A stretch of 64,000 bases of DNA from an uncultured delta proteobacterium (GTDB lineage Bacteria; Desulfobacterota; Desulfobacteria; Desulfobacterales; Desulfatirhabdiaceae): the NCBI GenBank assembly GCA_963789395.1, contig CAWBKP010000007.1:28075-92074 (forward strand), written 5' to 3'. Positions 1 to 11,213 of the stretch are shown one piece after another; position 1 is the first letter of the stretch, and each line of letters begins with the position of its first letter. The position numbers were made by a program, and so were the translations under genes. A model generated the notes under the pieces. That model worked only from the letters and a program-made list of their open reading frames with translations. It was not told the origin of the DNA and made no database searches.

Positions 1-1100
1 TGTTGTGCGACTTGATATCCATCAAAGCGTAAATCCCGTTGTTGGCCTTTGCGTACTGTGAATAAATATACCTGACCTGGTTGCTGTCCTTCAGCAGACT
101 GTTGATGCGGGCCTGCAGCATGGGATTGGTCAGGACATTCTGGCGCATGGGCCTGTCACCGGGATTGAATACGGTAATGCCTTCCCCGAGCCTGCGGTTG
201 AACGGATAGGGCCGCGCATAAATCATCTCGAAAACCCGTGTCGGGCTTTTCAGTTTTTTAAGCAGCGCCTCGTACAGGGAACTGCAGATGGTGCAGGGGG
301 TGTCATGAAACACCCACTCATATTCCTTTTCCGTAAACAGGTTCCACTTGAATTCATCATTTTGAAACAAATCGTCCAGAAACCCCCGGCGATAGTTTTT
401 GGGAATCATGAGAATTGGATGATCGTGGCTCGGACAGGGAACTTCGACAAACGTCTTCTGAGAGGTGCCAGGAAGCATCCCCACCCGAAATTTTCTTCTC
501 TTGCTGCTCACAGGAGTCATCAGATTCACACGAAGGGTCCGGACCAGCCTGCGAGAAGCGGCTGAGCAGGTGAAGCATCCGATCCATGACCGGCATGCTT
601 TCTGGTTCAGCAAATCCGCCCAGATCCTTTGATACGAGCCGCCAGACGGTTTCATACCGGAAGCCTTCCTCGGTATTGGTGTATTCCTCGAATTTCTTCA
701 GGAGATTGTTGAGAAACGTGCTTTTCCCGCATCCCGGCGGTCCGTCGAAAATGTAGATTTTATTCTGCTGCGCCCCACGCTTGAGCGCATCCACCTGATT
801 GATCAGACGATTGGCAAACAACCGGTCCGCAAAAAACGGGTGATCCGAACCTTCAACAAAGAGCCTGGTGCAATCATAATTGACAAAATTAATCGATTCC
901 GGATCATCCGGGTATTCATCCACGCCTTCTCCCACATATGTCGTCATCATATCATGAAACACCTGAAAGACATTTCGAAGCACCCTGGAAGGACGCACGG
1001 TCATGATTTTGATGAATTCCTGAAAGGGAATGGGGCCGCGCTGGTCCTGTTCGCTGATGAGCTTATCCAGGTGCTGAAGGGCAAGTTTGATATTTTCCAT
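1..1100 (-). CDS. PrkA/YeaG-family AAA+ serine protein kinase, second divergent paralogue; frameshifted near 400, runs off window
   Basis: Walker A GPPGCGKST in ORF 357..1100. Manual translation of 1-300 continues with PrkA-like PCTICSSLY...YAKANNGIYALMDIK. Lies directly after spoVR. Confidence 0.8.
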
Positions 1101-1103
1101 ATC

Positions 1104-2759
1104 CTAACCCAGTATTTTTTTGGAAAGCTTGCGTTTTTCCATGGTATAGAGAATCCGCTGCCACTTGATTTCCGGTTCCGGAAGTTCATCCGGTTTCAGC
1201 TTTTTGCCGGCGGCATCGGCTTGCGGTGCCGGCGGGGATACGGAAATCACTTCACTGGTTTCGAGCTGAACCGGTCCGCCCCAAAGATATTCGATGCCCA
1301 TCAGCGTATTGGCGATAAATTCCGTAACCAGCGGCTTTTCTTCAAACCGGTGATTCAGGTAAAGGGTGTTGTTGATGCGCTTTTCCGGCAGAATTTCAAT
1401 AAACGGCGGGTGATAGAGCGTATCCATCAGCATACTGCGATAGTCCCTCGAGCTTTTCGGCTTTTCACATAATATTCCCAGACCATCCGCTCCTCATTGA
1501 GCCGTCTTCCGGCGACAAAAAGCTTGTTCAAGGTCATGAAATCCTGGTCCACGAATGTATTGATAAACGAAAAATCGCTGAAATTCTCCCGCACATGAAA
1601 AATGGATTCCAGGCCTTTGCCTGTTTTGGCGTCAAAATGGTCCCGCTGGATTTCATTTTCTATTTTCTGAAACAGATACGAAAATTTCCCCTTGTCGGCC
1701 ATTATCTTCGATATACTGAAAGATGCGCATGCCAAGCGCATAAGGGTTCAGCCCCACCCGGGGCATGGAGGTGACACCGGCGTTTACTCTGGCAAATTCA
1801 ACCTCGTGGCTTCGAATCCGCTCATCCTGAAGATAGAGTTTTTCGTGCCAGTAACTGGCCCAGCCTTCGTTCATGATCTTGGTCCGGATCTGCGGCTGAA
1901 AAAACAGGGACGTGTTCCGGACCACCTGCATGACCTGCTTCATCCACTGGTTCTCTTCCTTGTTGATAAATTCCGAATGTTCCATCAGGTACTGAAGCAC
2001 ATCGGCCCCGCGCTGCGGGTGACTGTTCCGGCTTTTGGCGAAAAGCGCCTCAAATTCGGGATATTTCCGGGTCGACATCCGAAAAAAACGTCTGCTCTCC
2101 CATCTCCCCATATGCCTGAACACAGGCGTTATAGGCGTCGATTTCCTTTATGAATTCGGGAATTTTAATTTTTCTGACATCCTGAAGAAACACATCGAAA
2201 TAATAGTCCATTCGGCCGGACTGTCGTGAAACCGGCGGCCGGTGAATCCGGGAAAGATGATCGAAATAGCCGACCAGGTTATCCAGCCCCGGGAGAATTC
2301 GATGACATAATCCACCCACCTGTTTTTCTCGGCGCGCAGCTTGGCAATGGCGCGTTTGTCCGAGAGGGCCTGGCCGGTAAAATCATCATCCCAGGTATGG
2401 CGGAAAAACAGGTTGTTCTGAAAAAAATCGATATGGGCCAGCACATGATAAAAAATCATGACATTGAGCCAGTCCGGGTTATTGTCATTATAATAGGAAA
2501 TGGCCGGCCGGGTATTGATGACGGTTTCGTAGGGATTGCCGGGATAGAGCTCGTATTTGCCCTTTTCCTTCAGAACTTCGACATCATGCACCCAATAATC
2601 ATAGAGCGTGGGAATCATGACTTTGGGGGACAGCTCCAGAAGATCCCGGTTGGTGACGATGTATTCCAGGGTTTCATCCTGAAACCGCAGGCCGGCCTCT
2701 CTGGCCCTTTCCTTGCACCCTTCCATGATGTTTTTGGTATGCTGATCGATGAGTTCCAT
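1104..2759 (-). CDS. spoVR: SpoVR family protein (five frameshifted fragments)
   Basis: Motifs PYETVIN, MIFYHVLAHIDFFQNN, PQIRTKIMNEGWASYWH, LNPYALG, YLWGGPVQLET. Start MELIDQ at 2759 with RBS. Confidence 0.9.
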
Positions 2760-2888
2760 GTTTTCCTCATGAATCCAGCTACAGCACGGATTTGCCGGGA
2801 TCGCTTCCGAACTTTGGATCCCTTGCTCATGACTTGCGCCTGGCGCTTCGCTGATGCACAATAAAGCCATGTCACGGATATTTTCTGT

Positions 2889-4270
2889 TCAGGAAATCAG
2901 GCGTTTGATGCCCTCGATCAGCCGGGGTTCATCGGCGTCTTTACTCATCGTGTCCAGGCGGATCAAGCTGGCCTTTGTGCTCAGAAGGTCGGATTTTTTC
3001 AGATACTGTTCCACTTCCGTTGAGCCGGATGCGCCGGTAGCCGTGTTCGGCGATGGTAATTCCCACCCGGCTGGTATAGGTCAGCATCTGGTTAATGGCG
3101 GGAATCGCCTCTTTGCCGTCGACGTCCCAGTCATCGCCGTCGGTTCCATGAAACACATAAATATTGTAATCCTGGGCCAGGTTTTCCTTGAGCACGATTT
3201 CATTGACCAGCTTGAACGCCGAAGCAACCTTGGTTCCGCCGGCGACCTGCGAATTATAGTAGGTATAAAAATCGGGCACTTCCTTGGCTTCGGTATCATG
3301 CAGGATAAAGCGGGATTCCACCTGTTTCTCGTATTGGTAGAGCAGCCAGGAATAAATCATGACATGCTGGGCAGACCACCAGTTCGGTGGGCTTTCCGGA
3401 CATGGATCCGGAATAATCCCGAAGAAAAAACACCATGGCCTGGGATTCATAGTCTTTTTCCCGGGAGAGAATCCGGTAAATCTTATCGGCCGGGGATATT
3501 AGAAACGAGGCTAAGATCGATATCGGCGATATCTGGCACATTTCCCAGGTGGATATTGGTTTCCAGAATTCTTCTCAGCGTGGCCTTTTTGTCCAGGAAC
3601 TGTCCGAAGCCCCGGTGCCTGTCGGTCATTTCGTAGGTATATCGGGTCAGGGATCGTTTTTTGCCTTTTTCCTTTAAATTGGGCAGTTCAAATTTTTCGG
3701 TAAGAATCTTTCCCAGGTCATAAGCGCTCGATTCCATTTCATGTGGACCGCCTTCTCCCTGACCCGGCCCCGCACCGCTGCCCTGCTGGGGCCTTACCGG
3801 CTCCTCCCCGATGACATCGCCTTCTTCTCCATCACCGGAGCCCCCTGCCGGGGCATCCTGTGAAGATTCCTTGACGTGTTGTCGTGGATCAGTTTTTCTT
3901 CAACCGTTGTGGGAACAACCACCACTTTGTCCTTGCCGCCCCTGCCCGGTTTGATCAGGCGGCCGACCCGGATCTTTCGCGGAAACCCGTCTTTTTCCCG
4001 ATGCCTGTCCCGTTCCAGAAGATCGTCGATCGAGCGGAGCTGCATTGGCCATGCAGGTCTGCAGGGCCGGCATATTCTGGAGATCCGGAAGGTCGTGATA
4101 TCCGTAAACAGTTTCAGGGTGACTTCGGGACGACGTAGAACCGATCCGGTCATCAGACAGGAGATGATCGTCTCCGGCTGACGAGATTTCTTCAAGCATT
4201 CGCTGTTCCTGGTCCTCGGTAAGTCCTCGGGCCTTTATCTGTTCATAGCTTCAACCAGTTCGGATTTCAT
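2889..4270 (-). CDS. DUF444 (YeaH/YhbH) VWA-like protein, frameshifted
   Basis: ELPNLKEKGKK, LDKKATLRR, MIDAS-like FFLRDYSGSM, GGTKVASA, YNIYVFHGTDGDDW; sits between prkA and spoVR. Confidence 0.88.
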
Positions 4271-4297
4271 GAAATCCTGCTCCTGAAGATGGATCGT

Positions 4298-6358
4298 CTA
4301 GTTTTCGTCTTCCTGGGTGCAGAAATATTCGATGGTTTTTTGCGCGCAGGTCTTGCAGTAACCAAGTTTGGTCAGCATGGTCTGGATCATGCGGTCGTAG
4401 AGTTTTTGATTTTCCTCATTGGTCCGGTTGGCCAGGGCCCGATCAGGCTTCCGGCGCCGGCGATGTCGGATTTGAGGCGGACATCGGTCACCGCCTTGAC
4501 CAGCTCCAGGTTATCCATGAAATCATAATTGGGTTCAACGGAAATTTTCTGCCCGTAAATTTTGCGGATCGAGGTGCTGAATGTTTCCCGCTGTTCACGG
4601 GTTTTCAGGCCGAGCCGTTCTTCGACGCTATTGATATAGCGCTCATCGATTTTCAGGGCCTTCAGTTCTCCGGTCTGCGGATCCTTGTATTTCCACATTT
4701 TGTCCGGGCCCAGATTTTCCGCATCGATGCCGATGATCATGTTGACATAATTCATCACATCTTTCCGGATGGCCAGGGGTTCATCCATGTAGGCGTTGAA
4801 CATTTCGGTCATGATGCGTTCCCGGTAGAGGCCCTTGGCGGTCTTGAGATCTTCGAGATATTTGGCCCGGTCGTTGGCATCGCGACACATAGTCCAGAAT
4901 GACCCGTTCGATGGCGCTGAACACATCATAGGCAAACATGCACTGGCCTTCGTTGGTCTCCGAGCTTTCCAGCATCAACTGGATGGAGCTGCCCAGATTC
5001 CGCTGGCCCAGTCCTTTCTGGCCGAACCGTTTGGTGATGTCCGGGTCCTGGTTGAGGGTGTCGATCACTTCTGCCAGGGTCTTGATGCTCTTTTCACCGG
5101 CAACCTCGCCGGCGGCCAGTTTCATGGTCTCGATCGGAGTCAGTTTCTCGGAACGGGGAAGCCTGGAAAGGACGGCGGCCATGGATGCGGCATAATTGAG
5201 GTTCGGGTCCTGATGCAGATATTCACGGGTCAGGGTGGTGTTGGTTTCGCTGCCGATGGCATAGGCGGTCAGGTCTTTCTGCAGCCGGTAATTGGTATTG
5301 TGCGACACATAGCAGAGCCGGCAGCGGTCAACGATGGGCGCCTCTTCTTTTTCCGCCAGAAAGCGGTTGAATTCGGAATTGTTGCTGGTGGCAATGATCA
5401 GGGTGTCGATCGGCCATTTGAAGCCGTCAATTTCGATGGTGCGGTTCTGGATGACGCCGAGATAGACCTGAACCAGATCTTTTTTGTTCTTGAAAATTTC
5501 ATCGCTGAAATGGATGCCGCCGCCGGCAACCCGGGCCAGCGCGCCCCGGCGCAAATCAAACCGGTAGGGATTATTGGTGTCGCTGATATGCAGCAGGCGC
5601 TGAATGGATTCTTCTCCCAGAAGGTCGACCGCAGATGAGGTGATCTTGTCCTTGGCCGAATATTTCCCGGTAACGGTCCCCAGGCTTTCAATCAGCGGAA
5701 CAGGGACGATCTCGACAAACTCCAGCATTTCGGCGATCTCACCGCCGGTATGATTTCGGATATCATTCCACATGTAAGCCGTGCAGGCGCCGAGCGGGCG
5801 GTAGTTGTCATAAAGACTTTCGATCTCCCCGTCCGAAAAGCCGATTTCCTTGGATAAAAAAGCTCTGTTTTCATCCGGATCATCAAAGAGATTCATGGCC
5901 AGAATCATGGGGTCTTCATAAGTCTGGGATTCGATGGTGGCAATTTTGCCATAACTACCCAGCCTGTCCATATGGATAAACCGGAAAGTATATTTTCGGT
6001 TTTCTTCCAGATAGAGAAACTGCCGGTATTTTGTGCAGAGGAATTCAACAAAAAAGGTTTTTCCGTTACCGGGTTCTCCGACCAGGACATACGCCATTTC
6101 CTTGGATGACCCGCCTTCAGCCGCATCTTTGACATAGGACACAAAGCTGTTGAGTTCATCGTACATGCCGATAATATGTTTTTTTCCGGAACGGAAGATA
6201 CCGAAATCATAAGTGGTTTTTCCGTTGACCACCACTTTGCTGATCTCATCATTCAAAATCATTCTGGCAACGCCCTGAAAAGCATTCTCAAAGCATCGTT
6301 CACCGGATTTGACCCCAAACAGGTGATGGTTCAGTGAGTTGGTTCGACCGTTGTCCAT
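4298..6358 (-). CDS. prkA: PrkA/YeaG-family AAA+ serine protein kinase, frameshifted near 4880 and 4435
   Basis: Walker A GEPGNGKT, Walker B-like GIHFSDEIFK, IIATSNNSE, C-terminal LGYCKTCAQKTIEYF; RBS GGAGG before 6358. Confidence 0.9.
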
Positions 6359-6438
6359 TTGACCTCCCCTTCAGTGCCCCCCCCTTCAGTCATACAGCTG
6401 AAAGCGGAAATGACTTTGAATAAAAGTCCTTTCAATCC

Positions 6439-6969
6439 TTACTGTTTTTCACGGATAATAATCGAATAGCGATTGTCCTGTTCAAAGAAAAACTGTTCCA
6501 CTTCGTAATCATGATTGGGAACCAGATCCAGAACAACCCGGGATTTGGGTTCAGGCGGCGGATGAATTCCGGTCCGGATCTGCAAGACATATTTTCCATT
6601 AACGTCAATGGTGCGTTTAATGGTTTTTTCCATGCGAACATCCGGGAAATCGCAGTATATTCTCGGGACGTCTCCTTCAATCACCTGCGCTTCAGGTGGG
6701 AAAGGACCCGTCAGAGCGATGTCAATGATTTCCTCGGAAGGCGATGTAATATTAGAATTAATTTCAAGAATTTTTTTAGATGACGTGTCTGTTCCTTTCC
6801 TGGAAGGCGCCGTGCTTTTTACTTTGGAGCCGGCTGCATAAGAGATGTCATTGAGCGGAATCTGTCCAACCATAAACAGCGCCAAACCCAGCAGCAGAAT
6901 CCGGCCAGTTCTTAAAACGATCTGTCTGATACGAATAAATGCCATAAGTAAGCCTCCTGATACTGACAA
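6439..6969 (-). CDS. AMIN domain-containing exported protein
   Basis: Hydrophobic signal, then PRIYCDFPD...VLQIRTGIH...KSRVVLDL, typical of AMIN domains. Confidence 0.7.
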   Translation of the reverse strand: MSVSGGLLMAFIRIRQIVLRTGRILLLGLALFMVGQIPLNDISYAAGSKVKSTAPSRKGTDTSSKKILEINSNITSPSEEIIDIALTGPFPPEAQVIEGDVPRIYCDFPDVRMEKTIKRTIDVNGKYVLQIRTGIHPPPEPKSRVVLDLVPNHDYEVEQFFFEQDNRYSIIIREKQ

Positions 6970-7411
6970 TACAACTCAACCCCGATTATTTACAAACTTT
7001 CCCAAAAATGATTCGTGAAACACCCGGTAGCTGTAACAACTTACCCAGTAACAGCAGTCGGAATCCATGCCGCTCCCTGGTGAATAAAGTTGAAGGTATG
7101 CGCAAGGCCGATGGTAAGCACTTGAAAAATGACATGAAAGACGGTGGTCTGAGCAAACTGGATTCTGGAAAGCAGAATGACATCCATGAGCGCCTCACAA
7201 AAAGTCCGGTTATGCCGCAAGGATTCAGTCTTTTTAACCCTCGTACAAGCAGGGGAGATGTCACTTTATATATGTTGTTAGTGACTCCGAGCTGTGAATG
7301 CTTATCGCATCAGCAGAACAAAATACGCTTTGAATCACTTAGTCACAATTATCGGCTTTAGGGGTTTATTTCAAGTGAAATTTTAAAAAGCTTTTTCCAT
7401 CAGCTGCGGGC

Positions 7412-7440
7412 TTGACAGCTTTGGGTGATCCTTATATGAA
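7412..7440 (+). promoter_or_regulatory. Putative sigma70 promoter for iorA
   Basis: TTGACA at 7412-7417, 17-nt spacer, TATGAA. Confidence 0.35.
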
Positions 7441-7533
7441 TATGTCTTGGGTTGTTTTTTAAATACCGCTTTCTTCCTTGCAACGGGCAGTCCTTATCGA
7501 TACGCGAAAATCTTTCCAAATGGAGGCCATGCG

Positions 7534-9408
7534 ATGAAATATATGGGTGACATGCTGCTGACACCGGAGCCTTTTTCTGAAATCGTGATGGGCAATACGG
7601 CGCTGGTAAGGGCCATGATCGAATCCGGAACCCGCGTTGTAACTTCCTATCCGGGTTCGCCGACTCCGGAAATAGCCGAAGCCATCAAAAGCATCCCCAA
7701 AGACCGGCGGCCATTCTACTTTGAATTTTCCACCAATGAAAAAGTTGCCACCGAAGTGGCGTACGGGGCTGCTGTCAATGGACATCTTTCAACCGTATTT
7801 TTTAAAAGTGTCGGGTTGAACGTTGCCGCGGACTGTTTTGTCCAGCTGAGCATGATGAACATCATCGGTGGGATGGTCGTGGTCCTGGGAGATGATCCCG
7901 GCGCCAATTCCTCGCAGAATGAACAGGACAACCGCCATCTTGCCCGTCTGTGTTACACGCCGGTGTTTGAACCGGCATCTCCGGCCGAGGTATACCATTT
8001 TTATAGGAAAGCTGCCATGATTGCCCGGAAAATGGCCATGCCGGTCATTCTCCGACTGACCACCCATGTCTGTCACGCCAAAGAACGGGTGGCTTTTGAC
8101 AAATGGCAGCCGGCCGAATGGGATCATACACCCCGTTTTGATCCGCAAAACGGACCTTATATCCCGATTGCAGCGGCTGTCTTTCCCCTGAAACGAACGG
8201 CGCTGAAGCGATTGTCAGATGTAGAAGCTCTTGAAGACGCCGCGCTATTGAATCGGCAAATTGATAACAAGAATACCGGACGGGGAATCATTACCGCGGG
8301 AATGCCGTTCTTATCCGTAATGGACGTTCTATCCGACGTTACGGACAAGCCCGATATCCTGAAACTGGGAATGATCTATCCGCTTCCCCGAAAGCGCATT
8401 CGCCATTTTTTAAAGACCCATTCGGAAATCCGGATCATTGAGGAACTGGATGATATTCTGGAGAAGGACATCAAGTCCCTTGCCTTTGATGAGGCCATAC
8501 CGGTGCGGATTACCGGGAAGATGGATACCGAGGACTGGGTGGGAGAGTACACGCCGGACAAAGTGCACGCGATGCTGTCCGGCGCCTGGCCGGATATGAT
8601 TCAGGCCGCACCTGCCGTCAGCACCAGCGGCACGGACCAGGCTGCCGTTCCCCGCAGGCCGCCGCAGCTCTGCCCGGGCTGCGGGCATCGCAGCGCCTTT
8701 CATGCCATTAAAAAAGCCCTGAAAGATACGGACATTACCGTTGCGGACATTGGCTGCCATACCCTGGGATTTCTTCCGCCCTATCAGGCAGGGCAGCTTC
8801 TGATGTGCATGGGGGCATCCCCCGGCATGGGCGCCGGACTGTCCCTCTTCAATACGGAGCGAAAGGTTGTGGCTTTTCTGGGAGATTCAACATTTTATCA
8901 TGCCGGACTTCCGGGGATTATCAATGCGGTTTTCAATCGCCACCCGATTACCCTTATTTTGATGGAAAACGGCACAACCGCCATGACCGGCCACCAGGAT
9001 CATGCCGGATCCGGAAGAAATTTCAATGATGTCACGGAGAAAATTCCGGTTCGAAAAGTACTGGAAGGCCTGGGAGTGAAGCATATCTTTGAAACCGACA
9101 CTTATCAGCAGTCCGCTTTGACGGAACAGGTTCGGGAAGCAATCGAGATTCCGGAGTTCAGCGTTGTCATCGCCCGCCACCCCTGTATGCTGAAATTCAT
9201 GAGAGAACAGCGGAAAAAATCCGGATTTGTGCCCAGAAAAGTCCGCATCGACCAGGACACCTGCCAGCGGATTCATGAATGCGTTGAAAAATTCGGATGC
9301 CCCACCTTTGTCCGCAGTCCGGACGGCAGGGTGGATATTAACCCGGATCTCTGCATTGGGGATGGTTCCTGCAAGCAAACCTGTCCGGTTACAGCCATTG
9401 TTCAATAG
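7534..9408 (+). CDS. iorA: Indolepyruvate:ferredoxin oxidoreductase alpha subunit
   Basis: MGNTALVRA, SYPGSPTPEI, NEKVA, KSVGLNVAAD, SSQNEQD, RPPQLCPGCGHR, TPP motif GDSTFYH...NGTTAMTG, C-terminal ferredoxin Cys cluster. GGAGG before ATG 7534. Confidence 0.92.
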   Translation: MKYMGDMLLTPEPFSEIVMGNTALVRAMIESGTRVVTSYPGSPTPEIAEAIKSIPKDRRPFYFEFSTNEKVATEVAYGAAVNGHLSTVFFKSVGLNVAADCFVQLSMMNIIGGMVVVLGDDPGANSSQNEQDNRHLARLCYTPVFEPASPAEVYHFYRKAAMIARKMAMPVILRLTTHVCHAKERVAFDKWQPAEWDHTPRFDPQNGPYIPIAAAVFPLKRTALKRLSDVEALEDAALLNRQIDNKNTGRGIITAGMPFLSVMDVLSDVTDKPDILKLGMIYPLPRKRIRHFLKTHSEIRIIEELDDILEKDIKSLAFDEAIPVRITGKMDTEDWVGEYTPDKVHAMLSGAWPDMIQAAPAVSTSGTDQAAVPRRPPQLCPGCGHRSAFHAIKKALKDTDITVADIGCHTLGFLPPYQAGQLLMCMGASPGMGAGLSLFNTERKVVAFLGDSTFYHAGLPGIINAVFNRHPITLILMENGTTAMTGHQDHAGSGRNFNDVTEKIPVRKVLEGLGVKHIFETDTYQQSALTEQVREAIEIPEFSVVIARHPCMLKFMREQRKKSGFVPRKVRIDQDTCQRIHECVEKFGCPTFVRSPDGRVDINPDLCIGDGSCKQTCPVTAIVQ

Positions 9409-10001
9409 ATAAAGTCGATGGTGTACCAGTCGGTTTCAAAATCCCAGAGGGACACAAAGAAAAACACGTAATGCAGATAAAACGGAAGGGTGAGTTTGCT
9501 GAGCTTGGCCTTGGCCTTGACCTGATATTGCTTGCCTTTTTCCAGTTTGTTCAACTGGATTACCTTCAGCCCATCCACGTCGGACATCAATTTCTGTGCT
9601 TCCTGCAGGGACTGGGCAGTGCGGATTCTGCCATTTTCCCACGAGCGTTCAACAACGAATTCTTTTTTCAGGTTGTTGTATTTGATTGAGTTGGAGATTT
9701 CAATATCGGCAATGGTCTTGTCAAACCACATGGAACGTTTTTGATAGAGTTTGATGAAAAACGAAAATGATGCCGGCACGCCGCTCATGACGGCATTGAC
9801 AGTTTGATCACGAAAGGCGCCTTCAACGTTCAGATAGACCAGAAGGTCATTGCTGGTGTTGGTGACTATCAGGTTTGAAAGGGTGGCATCCGGGGCAGCG
9901 CTGGGGATCTGAACCAGAAAGATCAAAGTCATGAGAACGGCACCGGCCGATAGCATCAAACGGTTTGGCCGGACAGCTTTTGTCTTAGCAGCAGTTGGCA
10001 T
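9402..10001 (-). CDS. DUF4390 domain exported protein
   Basis: Signal peptide, AVMSGVPASFSFFIKL, WFDKTIA, LPFYLHYVFFFVSLWDFETDW; coupled to lpxC. Confidence 0.75.
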   Translation of the reverse strand: MPTAAKTKAVRPNRLMLSAGAVLMTLIFLVQIPSAAPDATLSNLIVTNTSNDLLVYLNVEGAFRDQTVNAVMSGVPASFSFFIKLYQKRSMWFDKTIADIEISNSIKYNNLKKEFVVERSWENGRIRTAQSLQEAQKLMSDVDGLKVIQLNKLEKGKQYQVKAKAKLSKLTLPFYLHYVFFFVSLWDFETDWYTIDFIY

Positions 10002-10884
10002 TGAACCCGTTCGTCTCGCAGCTCTTTGGAATCACATAAGTTTCCCAGGATGATTTTTCCGAAAAGAATTTTTCCAGAAAGGCATGATGAAACGCATGAC
10101 CGGATTTATGGGTGACAATATGCCCAACGATGGAAAGACCCAGCAGCGAAAAATCGCCAATGCAGTCCAGGAGTTTATGCCGGACAAATTCATCCTGAAA
10201 TCTCAGTCCGTCCGTATTCAGCACGCAGTCCCTGTCCACTACAATCGCATTATCCAGTGACCCGCCCTTTGCCAGACCGACTTTCTTTAAATATTCAATT
10301 TCATGGAGAAAACCAAATGTACGGGCACTGCAGACTTCCTTTTCGAAAATTTGGTCCGTCACTTCCATCGAAAATGTCTGTTTTTGAATCAACGGATGGT
10401 CATATTCTATGGAACAGGTGATTTTATATGATGGAAATGGAAAGATGGAAACGGATTTGCCGTCTTTTTCAAGGGTAATGGGTTTTTTGATCACAAATAC
10501 GCATTTGGGACCATCCTGTTCCACGATACCGGCAGCCCGGATCAGCCGTGTAAATGGCGCCGCACTGCCATCCATGATGGGCATTTCATGCGCATCGACC
10601 TCAACCAGGGCGTTATCCACGGAAAGCCCTGCAAAGCTGGCCATCAGGTGTTCAATAGTGGACACGATAAACCCCTCAACACCGATAACGGTTGCAAGGC
10701 TTGTATCTACGACCCTGTTGAAACGGGCGGATATGCAGGGCGAGTCCGGAAGGTCCGTGCGGATGAATTTGATGCCATGATTGATCGGCGCGGGCCTGAT
10801 TTTCAGGTTGACTTCCCTGCCCGAGTGGACGCCTACGCCGGAGCAGCTTACGGCGCTGGCTAAAGTTCTCTGGTGGCAATACAT
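9985..10884 (-). CDS. lpxC: UDP-3-O-acyl-N-acetylglucosamine deacetylase
   Basis: QRTL...GVGVHSG, TIEHLMA, PIMDGSA, ARTFGF, GGSLDNAIV, HKLLDCIGD; RBS AGGAG before 10884. Confidence 0.97.
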   Translation of the reverse strand: MYCHQRTLASAVSCSGVGVHSGREVNLKIRPAPINHGIKFIRTDLPDSPCISARFNRVVDTSLATVIGVEGFIVSTIEHLMASFAGLSVDNALVEVDAHEMPIMDGSAAPFTRLIRAAGIVEQDGPKCVFVIKKPITLEKDGKSVSIFPFPSYKITCSIEYDHPLIQKQTFSMEVTDQIFEKEVCSARTFGFLHEIEYLKKVGLAKGGSLDNAIVVDRDCVLNTDGLRFQDEFVRHKLLDCIGDFSLLGLSIVGHIVTHKSGHAFHHAFLEKFFSEKSSWETYVIPKSCETNGFNANCC

Positions 10885-11101
10885 GCCACTCCTTTCTTCT
10901 GTTAAGGTCAAGTCAGGACTGTAACGCATACCTCTAATCATATAGACCATTATAAATTGTTTTTACAAGAAAAACCATCCCTTTTATACGAAAGGACCCC
11001 TTTTCTCAGCCCATAGAGAGCCGCCGGGTTTTTGCCTTTGAACAATATGCCAACAGGGAGCTGAACATATCCGTTTTCAAAAGAAACTTTTGTTGCGCTT
11101 A

Positions 11102-11130
11102 TTGACATTACCCCCTGTTTTAGATAGCAT
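11102..11130 (+). promoter_or_regulatory. Putative sigma70 promoter for the hydantoinase-ptsP operon
   Basis: TTGACA (11102-11107), 17-nt spacer, TAGCAT (11125-11130), ~85 nt upstream of ATG 11214. Confidence 0.5.
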
Positions 11131-11213
11131 GATCGCCTGTTCAAACGAGAAAAGACGGTTTTCAAATACTTCCCCAATCGCAGCAAGGGTGTGAACGCTT
11201 TCAGGAAGATAAC

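Noticed and set aside
7008..7361. 117-aa ORF or possible structured RNA between the AMIN gene and iorA
   Set aside because: No recognisable domain, RBS or riboswitch consensus; an Rfam/Infernal search would be needed.
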